Source of the DNA: Oikopleura dioica
Lineage: Eukaryota; Animalia; Chordata
DNA length: 64,000 nt
Assembly: GCA_907165135.1 (NCBI GenBank)
Contig: OU015568.1
Coordinates: 6,696,001 to 6,760,000 of the forward strand
Direction: 5' to 3'
Shown one piece after another: positions 12,965 through 25,000 of the stretch (positions within the stretch are counted from its first letter, which is position 1; every line of letters starts with the position of its first letter). The notes under the pieces are model-generated. The model was given only the letters and a program-made list of their open reading frames with translations. It searched no databases and had not been told where the DNA came from. The position numbers were made by a program, and so were the translations under genes.

Positions 12965-15116
12965 ATGCCGGGTGTTGGTCCGATCGGTGAGCCCATCTTG
13001 GCACCACCAATGCCCCCGTTGAACTACATGGACAATGATCGAATTTGGACCAAGGAGCAAGCGCTCAAGGCTGGAGTCGATATGACGAAGGAAATGTTAT
13101 GACGATTTTTTTTTATAATTTTGCAGATTTTTTTTAAGTTTATAATTTTATACTTGAGAAAAATAAATCAACATTTAACAGGCGAAAATTCACCCTGAAC
13201 CCTTCGGCCACACCTCTTCCGGAACTCAAACTCGAGGAGCCGGTAATGTGGCCCGATGGCCCGGAAATACTGATGGAGTCGAGGGTCGACCATACCTCCT
13301 CATTCCGTACCGATTTACCAACGGAGCTCACACTTCGATCGCCGGTTCGCAGCAGTACATCTCCGATTCATTCGACATGATCACAGCCGATGTTGGTGGA
13401 TGCATTCGATTTGTTGACGACTCGACTGATCAAGCTCACTCTCACTGGATTGACATTCAGGATAGTGCAACTGGCGGATGCGTTTCATACGTTGGCTACC
13501 TAGGTGGCCATCCTTCCTTTCCAAATGGACAGATGCTCAACCTTGCCCCTGGTCAAGGACCTGGAACTGGTGGCACCTGCCTCGCGAGTTATGTCGTCAA
13601 CCACGAGATGCTCCACGCTCTTGGATTCAATCACGAGCAAGAACGAGCCGATCGAGATCAACATGTGACAATTCATTTTGATCGTATCCAAGAAGACAAG
13701 CAGCACAATTTCGAGAAGCTCACTGCTTCCGAATGGTTCGATATGTCAAGTCCTTACGATGGCCAGTCTGTCATGCACTACTCTGCTTACTCCTTCCAAA
13801 CAGCTGAAGCTGATGCAGCCGACTTGCCAACAATTACCAATTTGGCTGGCGAGCCGGTTCAGTGGCCTCGAGTCCAGCGACTTTCATCGACTGATGTTCT
13901 TCAGCTCGCGAAGATGTACGAAGGCTTTTGTGGTCAGCCAGGAGGAGAGTTCATCAAGGTCCGAACTTGCAACAGTGGCGCTCAGTATCTCGAGAGCCGA
14001 GCTTGCGACGGAATCGCTGACTGCGCTGATGGTTCTGATGAAGACGCAGCTTTCTGTGATGCGCTTTGTGAACCAGATACCTTCTACGTCACTGAAAATG
14101 GCTGCAATGATAGCCAAGACTGGACTGGTACCTATGCTAAGATGGCTGACGGTGCATACCCTAAGTCTCTTACAATCTCGCTCGTCGGAGGTGATGCTTC
14201 AACTGGTTTCGATTCGGGAACCTTCATTCGAATGGACCAGGCTGACTGGTGCTTTGATACTCCAAATATTCCAAGTTTCAAAAAAGTCGGCGCGGAGAAG
14301 TACATCTGGCCCATGCCAAACGGTATGTGGTACATGGGCAGCGAAAATTGCGCTAGCTTCTTGAACTATTACTACTCGCCAAGTCAAAATGGCGGCGTTG
14401 CTAATTTCTGGGACATTGAAGTTCCCGTTTTTAACAGATGGGTCGGCGAATGGGCTACTTCTAACAATCAGCGATTCAAAAAAGGCGCCGAAGGCTGGCA
14501 AAATGGAAACTTCATTCTTAGCATCGCCGCTGATGGAGCTTGGTCAATTGCTGATGGTTCGTCATCAATTCCTCTCGGAAGCAATGCTTGTGTTACAGGA
14601 GATCATGATGGTGGTATCAAGGTAACTTTTAGCAACGAGAAATTGGGTGTTATTGTTTTCGTAGATTTCTGAGCTGGCATCATCTGGTTCCTCTTGTGCT
14701 GGAACAACTACAACAACATCAACTCTTGCTCCAACAACGTCCTTCACTACCACTGACGTTACAACAACATCGACGACGACAACTACGACTCCGTCAATCT
14801 CAACAACGACAACTATGAGTTGGGAGCAATGTGAAGCGACTTGCCAGCCAAACTGTGACGCTGAGTTTGGTGTTGGAGAAAAGAACTGCTCGTGCAACCT
14901 TTTCGACAATACTTGCATGGTTTGCGAGGCCGGATTCGTCTTCGATTTCATGTCAAATGCATGCATATGTAAATCTTATACAACTATATACAAACCAAAT
15001 AAATATATCATTCCACAACAAATTCGGCATTTCAAATGCAAATTTCAGCTCATCTTCTATTTTATCCTCCAAGAAAATCAATAGATCCTCCGCTTTCGAA
15101 TCGAAAAAATAGATGA
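12965..15116 (+). CDS. Astacin-family zinc metalloprotease with LDLa module, Thr-rich linker and Cys-rich tail
   Basis: HEMLHALGFNHEQERADRD zinc motif, SVMHY Met-turn, CDGIADCADGSDE LDLa. The 5' exon joins only through a GA-AG intron (13091-13181). True start uncertain. Confidence 0.92.
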
Positions 15117-15918
15117 GCTTGAACTTCCGCCCTAATCTTCAAGCACCTTTTAGCAAATCAAATTTTAAAAGGGTATTACTCTCCTAGTACTTTCGGATGA
15201 CGTCAAAAAAGCGCTTGAAATATAAATGCCTCCCTACTCAAAGTGGATAAATAATTAATTGATGCTCTATCATTGATGGGCATTCAAAAAAGTTGAGAAA
15301 GCAGAAAAACGTTGCTAAGGACAAAAGGGTAAGTGCCACTTGAACATATTCTCACCTTGTTCAAAATGATGAAATCAAGGAAGAAAATCTGATTTCAATG
15401 AGATTTGTCGGGTTTTTAACTCGTTGTCATAGTAAATATTCTAGCTTACTCTCAAAAGATGGGTAGGAAAAAGACTGTAGCTTAGCGGTAAACACTGTTC
15501 GAATGACTGAACAGGTCGTCAGCATAATTTGCGGAAGGGCATTGTTTGCGATCGGGGAGGTCAGTTGTGGCAACGCAATTAGTTTTGCCCCGGGGCGCGA
15601 GTTTTTGGACAGTGAACGTGTCTCCAATTGAGAGTGGAATTGATTGACGCGCCGCCCGCGTTTAATTTTTTTTTCTCTCGCCGCTGGCGTGGGCGCTCGA
15701 AGGTGCCCGGATATTCAGATCGTGTTTGAATATTTATTATTCAAAGGCTGCCTCACTCTACTAGCTTTAGAATGCACTCGCCACGGGCCAGTTCAGCAGC
15801 AAATTAATACAGTCACACAGCAAAATTCTAGAATTACGCTGATACAAAAACAACAAGGAGTTTGCCAAAGCAGAGAATTTTTTGAAGAAGGAAGTGAAGA
15901 AAGAGAAATTTTCTCAAA

Positions 15919-18679
15919 ATGGCCGACATCGACGTTAGAAAGCAGCGCTTGGAACAATCTGAGCAGCAGCTTCAGGTAAGAAATTTATTTAACCCGTTAA
16001 CAGGGTGGTCGATTTCGCCTACGCTTTTGCTTGTCTGTGATTGAGTGAAATCACGGATCTGGGCACGCGATTGGCTACTCATTTCCACGCGTGGCCGTGA
16101 GACGGCCACGCGCCTGTTAACGGGTTAATTAATCGTTTTATCGAATTTATTAATAAAATAATATTTTGAAACATTTTTCTGGCTAATTTTAACAATAAAT
16201 ATCTAACCGCGTTTTTCGGGGTAGATACCCTTAAAATTCACTTTTTTCTTTACCGAAATTTTCAGCAAGAAAGTCCGTAAATCTGATTTAATAAACCTCT
16301 CTTGTTAATAGCGTCTTTCAACCTTTTTTTCCTCAAAATTTCATTCAGGACAAAATGAACCGTCGACGGCAAAAAGGCATGGGCGGATTTCACTCAGGTG
16401 GTCGACCCCGGTCCGCCGCTGGCCGCCGCCGACCCCAAACAGCTGATCGTTCGATGACACCGGTGAGCATGCCCGGACAAGCCGAAGGGACTTGGTTGCG
16501 ATAATAAAGTTAATCATATTTTGCGTAATGCTGACATCGTTCGATTTGTTTATTTGACCAGAATTGAGTAAATTTGGCTAGTGATATGTTTGAGGAATGA
16601 TAGGAAATCCGAATTCAATAGGACTATTTTTGCAACCAATAAAAGTCACGGCGTCGAATGCATTCAACAATCCGGCTTTTGATGAGCCAGAAGTAATCGA
16701 GGTCATCTCCAACGGCGCTGATATCAAGCCAACTTCTCGTGGCAGCTCTGCAAAGACGAAAAAGCCCGAGGAGACACCCTTCGACGAACCCCCTGTCGTC
16801 GATCGGTTGGTTGTCTCGCCGAGCGAAGAGGTCGAAGAAATTCCAGTAGCAAAGACTCAGCCAGAAAAGCCAAAGAGCGAAAAGAAGAAGAAAAAACGCG
16901 TGCCTAAACCTGTTCCAGTTCCAGTTCCCGAGCCAGATGAGCCTGAAATCGATCTTCCGAAAGTGGAGACGCCTCCAGCAGCACAGCCAGTAGCGAGACC
17001 GAAGCTTGAAAGAGATGACACGATTCTGTACAAAGGAGATGAATACTACGAAGACCGTCAGAATGCGCTAGAAATTGACGAAGCCACGCAAGACGTTTCG
17101 AATTCTGATGAATTTTTGGCACCCGTCCAACCTGAGGAACGGATAAATCTCACCTTGATCAATGTTCTTTGTATTTTATTACAGTGAGTTTTATCCAATA
17201 AACAGGGCCCCGTCGCTGACTTCCGCCCCGCATCGAGGATGTCCGTCATGACAACTTCGCCGCCAAGCACAATCGACGACATCGACGACTTCGTCTTTCG
17301 CCCCGCACCCCAGGACGAGCAAATAAAGGTGAGAAAACTCGGCGGCCATAAAAACGTGCTGAAAAATCAAACAAAGGGTGTTTCTTTCTCAATTGTCTCC
17401 CCTCATTCAATGGGCTCTCTCTTTCAATCTTTAGTTCGGGAATTCTTCAAACTGTAATCCAAACAGTAAAAATGTTCTTTCTAGTGCCGGATAAGTCGAG
17501 ATCGCAAGGGCATTGACAACCGCGCTTATCCTATCTACTACCTTCATTTGGAACGCGAAGGGCAGAAAAAGGTAAATTTCCATCAAATCCGATTTCCTCA
17601 GCTTTCTTCTTAAGATGTTCCTCCTTGCCGGGCGGAAAAGAAAGAAAACGAAGACATCCGCGTACTTGATCTCAACCGATCCAACTGAGCTCACGAAGAA
17701 ATCTGAAAGCTTTGTGGCAAAAGTCAGGAGTAACATGATGGGAACCCGGTTTGAGATGCCAAAATGGCCCTGAAATTCACATGAATATATTCAGATTCAC
17801 GAGTTACGACAATGGAAACGCGTATTCCGACCCCGGAGCTCTGATAGACCCATCTGCCCTGCGGCGTGAGCTCGTCTCAATCGCTTACGAGACAAATGTC
17901 CTCGGTTTCAAAGGTAATCAAAAGTCTTTATTAAAAAGCAGCCGAAAATGATTCCACATAAAACAGATAAAACCACAGCTTTCATTTTGAAAACAAGGAA
18001 GAGTACCAAATAGTAGCAAGCTTTCTCTTTTGCGGAGTCAATTTTTTCGGATAAATCTTCGAACAAAAGCATTTTTTCCTTCACTAAAACCGTTAAAATG
18101 CCTTCTTGAGATTTTAATATTCAGAAAGACTAGTAAAAAAAGTCAAAAGTAATACACGAATTTAGGCCCGCGCAAGATGACAGTTGTTATCCCTGGCATG
18201 GATTTGGACTGCGAACGACTTGAATGTCAACCGACAAACGGTATGTCAGAGTTAACATATGTAGAAAATAATATGGCGCTTTTTACAGAAAAAGAAACGC
18301 TCACTGCGAAGTACGACTCGAAGTTGCGAGACAACGTGACAGTTTTGCAGAACAAGTCGCCTGTTTGGAACGAGGACTCTCAGGTAAAATGCTGACTCAC
18401 GAATTGATCGGTCTTTTGAAATTCTAGAGCTACGTGTTAAACTTTCATGGTCGCGTGACGCAAGCCTCGGTCAAGAACTTTCAAATTATTCATGAAAAGG
18501 AGCCCGATTATATCGTGATGCAATTTGGCCGTGTCGATGAGGTAAAGAAACACTTAGAATTTCTGACTCTAACGGAACAATAGGACGTGTTTACGATGGA
18601 CTACCGCTACCCCCTTTGTGCAATTCAAGCCTTCTCCATTGCCTTGTCGAGTTTTGACAACAAGCTCGCCTGTGAATAA
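15919..18679 (+). CDS. TULP: Tubby-like protein (TUB/TULP family)
   Basis: N-terminal [10 protein letters not shown] helix; Tubby domain [33 protein letters not shown]...MQFGRV...[25 protein letters not shown]. Confidence 0.95.
15993..16124. mobile_element. piggyBac-type MITE (132 bp) in Tubby intron 1
   Basis: TTAA-CCCGTTAACAGG ... CCTGTTAACGGG-TTAA, with an internal hairpin CGCGTGGCCGT/ACGGCCACGCG. Confidence 0.85.
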
Positions 18680-19066
18680 CTGTTAAAATATCTCTTTCTG
18701 ATTCTTCTTCTCTAATTTTCTACTTTGCAAAGCTAATTTTGTATAACCCAAAGAGCTTATTCTATTTTTGCTACTAAAGAAATAAATTCTTCAAATTTTT
18801 ATATTCAATATCATTTAATTTTTGCATGTAACAATGTTAGGTATAAGATGATGAAAAATCGTTCTCTTCAACTTTCGGGAAGACGAAACCATTTTCTTTA
18901 GGAATCGCTGGAGAAACATTTCTTCGTCCGCCTTGACCAATCTGAGAAAATGGCGTTGACGGGGCATCGGAATAATCACTAAAAGAAAATTCATTTTTAA
19001 AAAGGAATTCATTTTTACTCGATGGTGGAACGCCCTCGTTCGTATAAAGAATCGAAGTTGCCGGGT

Positions 19067-22000
19067 TCATAAGGATTTGAGAAATCTGTTGATGCTCGTG
19101 ACGAGTCCATCTGAGCTTCGAACTCTTTTTGCTTTTCGACGATGTCTTCTTTCAACTCTCGATAGGTTCTTGCTTGGGGAGATTCTAAAAAATCCTCGTG
19201 ACCTTGAGTTCAGAAGCTTTTCTACAGTACCATAAGCTGATGAATGTACAGAAGGAAGAACAGACAGCTCTGTATCTTGTGTTACGTTGGACAAGAAATT
19301 CGCTCCAGATCGTCTCTTTGATACTCTTTGTTGATTGTTGCCAGAACTTAGTTTTTTCTTCGACTTCTTTTTCGTCGAGTTTGTTGCGTCCAGAACACAG
19401 TAATCTTTGAAGTCTGGATCTTGACAGTCGTCATCTTCCGGTTTCGGATCGTTATCGCTGTCGCCGTCGCTGTCAAGCAAAATCATCTGCTTCGTGTTTA
19501 ATTTGTTGTTCTTAAATAACTTGAAATGCTTAATAATTTTTGGTGCCTTACCTCTTTGATTTTCTTTTTATATTCTTGATTGTTTTTCGCATATTTTTGT
19601 TCATCGGCAATATTGATATACGCAATGTAATGGAAAAGTGTCGAGACTCGATGCCAAAGCATGCAGATTGTCTGGGTAAAGATGATGACGAGGTAAATGA
19701 AGAGAAAGAAAAGACTGAAAGGCTTGGAATGGATGAGCTAATTTCAAGTCACTTATAATAATTTTCAAGAAGAACGATTAACTGATCCTGAAGTCTGAAT
19801 ATATCAGGGTTCGGTATTTTGAATTCGTCGAAAAATTCGCCAATACACGCAGCGAATATGCTCTTTTCTTAAGCGAATGAGCGATTGTTCGCGAATCGCC
19901 TACTCGGGCGAATATTCGCTCGAAATTGAGCGTACAGCCCTGGATTGGCTGAACTCCAGGGCCGCGGGCGAGAAAAGGGTGGCGCCCGCGAGCTATAAGG
20001 TTATTTGGGCGGTGAAAATAAAATTATAGGCTGCGCAACGTCAAAGCCCGACCAGGGTTCAAATTCTGGGCAAAAAATTTTGTATTTGAGCGAGCGATGA
20101 GCGAGCGAGACTTGAGCGAGGGTTGAGCGAGCGAGTTGCTGAGCGAGTTTTTTCGAAAATCGGCTGAGCGAGCGGAGCGACTGAGCGAGCGAGATTTGAG
20201 CGACATCTGAGCGAGATTTGAGCGACTTTTGAGCGACTTTTGAGCGATATTTGAGCGGCGCTCGAGCGAAAAATGGAGCGATATTTAAAACTTTTAAGGC
20301 AGATTCAATAAGACAAAAATGATTCTTAATTTTGTATTTTATTCAAATTTAATATTATTTTCTCGGCAGTACTGAAGAATGGCAGTTTTCAGTTTTTGTG
20401 CATCCCTGAACTGACGTATAAATAAAATAGTCTCGTTTTTCAATCTGTTGCGGCATGGATCCATCGAGTCGCGAGTTGTTTGAGAAAACTCTCTTTCGAG
20501 ATCACAGGATGAGCCAGGGCAATTTATGCACTAAAATCACTACAGAACCGAACAATTATATAAGTGGAACCTGAAGAGCAGCTGCTGAAAGGCGGGGGAA
20601 TCTTGTGCTCATAGCCTTCCAGAAGGCAGTTAATTTTTTATGAATGAAGTGAGGTGAAGTCTCGACGATTCCACCAGTTATTTCTTCCCATTCTTCCGAT
20701 CCTATCTTGCCTTCATACTGCACATATTCTTCTTCCAGTGGGCTCAATCTGACAGTCAAGGATGCTGCGGACTTGACGATCTTGAAGTCATCGTTCGGAT
20801 TGAGCTGAGATGAACTTCCACTCCCTTCTGGCGTAGTTTGTTTCTCCTTGTCATCAACTTCCTTGAGCTCCTTATCCATATGCCAGATAAAATCTTAATG
20901 ATTGATAAGTACAAATTAAACGTCCAAAAATTAACCTTTTCCTTTCTTCATGAACTCGGCACTATTTTTTTCGACCAGTTTGATGTTTCTTGCAAAAATT
21001 GGAGCGTCCCCTTTAGCGAGTTCATTTCGGAGACGACGAAAGGAGCACGTGTACTTGCTTGGTGTTAAGTAAAGACAAGCAAGATTCAAATCCGTTGCCC
21101 TGGCTGGTTCTTTGCCATCGACAAATGATTCTTCGCTTTCGTAAAAACCGCCGAAAATCATTTTCATCAGTTTTATAAATAGCCCTTGGCGGAGCTTTGC
21201 ATGAAACTGCTTCTGTCGGATCGATGTAAGCCGCTTATCATTTTCCTTCGTGCAGTAAATCAGCATCTCTTCAAAGATAAGCAACTGGTCGCTTACCTTA
21301 ACACCTTTAGTATTTACCGTGGAAAATAAACAACCTTTGACTCAGAATGCTCGAGGATGCGCACATATTTCATCAAGTCGGAGGTCAGAAAAGAGAGGCT
21401 TTTAATGAAATCCAGATCAGGAAAGGAAACGCGCTGCGGAATAAGGTAGGCGTATGGATGATCTGATTTCGATAGATCTTCAAGCTTAGGTGACCAAGAA
21501 ACGAGCACCTTCAAATTTTCCTCCTTTTTGTTCCAGCGAATTCCGTTGTCACTCGTTATTAAGGGAAATCCTTGTATTTTTGCTGCTCTCTTCTTAATTT
21601 CATCGGCTGTCATTTCGCTGGTATCATGTCGAAGCTTGAAGATCCGTTCTTTTTCGTCTTCAGAGATATCTTCATGCGCGAAATATTGATTGACAGAGGA
21701 GAAATCAGTTGGCTCTAATTTGAGCTTCTTTTTCTCCTTGAAAAACAGCCCATTGCGACAATGCGATACAAAGCTCAAAAAGTCTTTGTGCAGATCGGAA
21801 TCGAGAGAGGCGTAGCTTTCGGCATTTTGAATCATTCCATCGAAAGCACGAATTCCCGAATGTGCACCGCAAATTGCTGCTTTGATAGATATGTACTCAG
21901 CAACTCCACGCTGCCCTCCATCGCAAATGACACCTAGCAGTCGTTGATAATCTTTGATTCCGTATTCCGCAAGGGCCTCTTCTACTTCCATCGCACAAGC

Positions 22001-25000
22001 TACATCTGTTTTATCGGTGATGGGAGCATACTGGAGAAGATAAGTAACTCTTTTATCAGTCGTAGAATCGTAGAAGACAAGTAATGTTCCCAATGCGGAA
22101 ACCTCAAGGTCTCCACTTGTCGTTCGCCCTGTATACTTCGTGTCGATTTCTAGCGAAATCGCACCTCGCTTCGCCAAGATAGGAAGAACTTTTTGGAGAA
22201 AATTAAGCATCTCCAGATGTGAGGTGAACAAAATTGTTCTTATTTTGTTGTAGGACACATCAAGCTGCTTCGAGTCATCAGGATTTCCTCCCCCGGCGAC
22301 AAAAGCATTTTGAATGATTGCTTCGAATTGTTCACTAAATATTGAATCACAATTTTACAAAAGAAATTTTGAAAACCTTTCAAGAAGACGGAAAGAAACA
22401 TGCTTATCGGAAACAAGCGACACTGCAGAGTCGCAAAATTTGGCGATCACTTTCTTTGATATCTTTCTTCGAGGTCGAAAATGTACTGCGGCCTGCTCGC
22501 GGTCCTCCTGCACTTTCGCCATCTCTCTTTCTTTCTCATTTGAATCATTGGTCAAAGGAGCATGATACCGTTTTGCATGTCGCCCCACTACACATAAAAG
22601 TAAATAGAACAAAACTGATTTAATTGTACCGTTTCCTGTTTTGATGCCAGTACTTTCAGATTCCTTGACAGAGAATGGCTCGTTATTGTTACGACATGGC
22701 CCAACGCAACGAAGATAATAGGTAAAATTATTCTCGGCGTCCATTTCTTTTTCGTACTCTTGCGGCGTAAAGGGAAATGTTTGAGTGAAACCTGTGAGCC
22801 ACCTTGAAAAAGTTTCATTCGTGGAAATGTCGAATTTGACATAACGAACGTCAAGTTTTCGTTTTTTAGCCCGACTCATTCTTTTTCAAAAATAGTTGAT
22901 AAAACGAAAAACTCCTTGAATTTTAGCTCATAAGATATTCTATTATCCTATATGTCAGTTTTCAATAATAAAGGCACTTGTGCACAGGGGCAGTTATTTT
23001 AAGGCAGTGCTTTCTTTTTTGCTGCTGGGCCGGTGGCGGGCAGTGCCGAGCGTTTCTTCTTGGACTCGGTTCGCTAGAAATTTTCAGGGTCAGATTTTAA
23101 TATTTGCAGATTTTTTTCGAAAATGGTTTTTTTAGGAAAACTTACAATGTCTAGTGTGTACTGGCTGCCGACAGCTGGAGTAGCGCGCTTCTCCAGGATC
23201 ATGTTTTTCCAATAGTCGATGCTTTGTTTTATGTCGGTCTTGAACTTTTTCTCCGTATCCCAGTTGAGTTGATGTTCCAAGCCGAAAGACGAGGCTTTTT
23301 TACTAATATACTCATTAGTTTTTCATAAAACGATTAACAACTTACTCGAAGACCTCCTTTGTGACGGGCGTATGCGATCGAAGCAGATTTTTGAAATGCT
23401 CGAGTTTTTGGGCATATGGTTTTTTCAAAAGGCGCGGGAAGTAAGTGAGAACCATTTCGCTTACTCCCAGTGGACTGTAAGTTGTCTTCATTTTTTTCCA
23501 TCCTTCAACTATCTTGCGACAGTTTGAGTCCTTTTTATTCTTTTCTTTCCAAATTTCCAGGTTCTCGAATGAAAGCCCAGACTCAGAACTCTTCTTCTTT
23601 GAATATTCATACATGATGAACTTTTCCCACGTGAATTCTCGGGAAGCGGGGTCAAGAGGCCGTACGTCTTTGTAAAAGACTAAAATGGGAATTGATAATC
23701 ATTTTGTATTTGAAGAATTTTCTTACCGACAGGCATTCCCCGCCCCATATTGATAATTTCATTTTTCTTTCCTCGTTCACGTTCTTTGAATGTAGCTTTT
23801 GTGCAGGGAACGATTGTCTCGATGGAGCTGGAACTAGCACTGCTAGAAGGCGCCGCATCGGATAGAGCTGCATCGGATGCTGCCTCATCGGCATCCTCGA
23901 TTTCGTCATGAAGGGGAAGACCCGAAGGATTTTTGTATGCTCGCATCTTGATAACCGCGAACATATTCTTCAGCTGCAATCGTCGGAACATGAGGAAATA
24001 CCGAGTCAGAGACTCAGTTTCGATCTTAATAATCGGTTAGCCAGAGTCGCCTATTACTGGACAGTTTATTATAAAAGCCGCTGAGCGGCTTTCTGCCCTT
24101 ATTGTACTGTCCCTAAAGCCGCAGTACAAGTAGTCTTAAAAGTCTCTTCGCGGCTTTTTACACAGTACTTGAAGCGCTAGAAGCCGCACTGCGGGTTATT
24201 CAGAATGATCAATTGACTTACTTGAGTTCCTGGATTTTGGATCATTTTTCGGATTAATTCATCCGCCTTGGCTCGGGATGGAGGATGTTGGAAGTACGGC
24301 TTCAGTTGAAGGAGCCAATCGAAGACGATGTCGATTTTAAAGTCGAAAAAACATCCGTCCGCGAATTCTCCTTCTTCGCCGTGCGCTTTTACGATTTTAT
24401 CGAAAACACTGATAAAATTTTAATGATTTTTTAAATTTTATTTACTAAACTATGGGTTTGACAAGGGGTTGAAATTAGGACTGACCAAAAATATTTTATA
24501 TTAACTCACTCAACGGATGTAGACGGCGGGGAAAACCCACGACCTAACACGCCATCACGGATATTGTGAGCTAACATAACTAATTTTTAGTCGAGTCGAA
24601 AATATAAAATGGGTTCGGGGTAGTGGGTTTAATGTTTAATTGTTTCTGACTCAATAGTTGTAGACGGCGGGACAAGCCCACGACCTAAGTAAGGTCACCT
24701 AACACGCCAACCGTATATTGTCGGAAACAAAAAAAAATTAAAATTTTATCAAAAATTAAACCTTCTGGGGATTCTGGAGGTCTTTTTGAGGGCCCCTGGC
24801 TCACCCTTGTCACTCATTCTGAAAATAATAAAGTGAATTTCTCTTTTAATAAATATTTGAACAGTTATTCATGTTTGGCAGAAATTTCTCTTGGAAATAA
24901 AGTCGAGACTGTGCGTGAGTCTTGATTTTCTCTTCAACTTGCAATAAGCCAATAAGCGTAGAGCTTTAAGAAACCGGCCAATCAAAGAGGGATATTCTAA

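Noticed and set aside
13678-14364. 228-aa alternative-frame ORF
   Set aside because: Overlaps the astacin CDS, is Ser/Leu-rich and has no motifs.
20089-20280. GAGCGA repeats as a simple microsatellite
   Set aside because: They are mirrored in inverted form at 25100-25340 and are hAT subterminal motifs.
22580-22620. 28-nt GT-AG intron in the transposase BED region
   Set aside because: Removing it causes a frameshift and stop; read-through keeps the frame.
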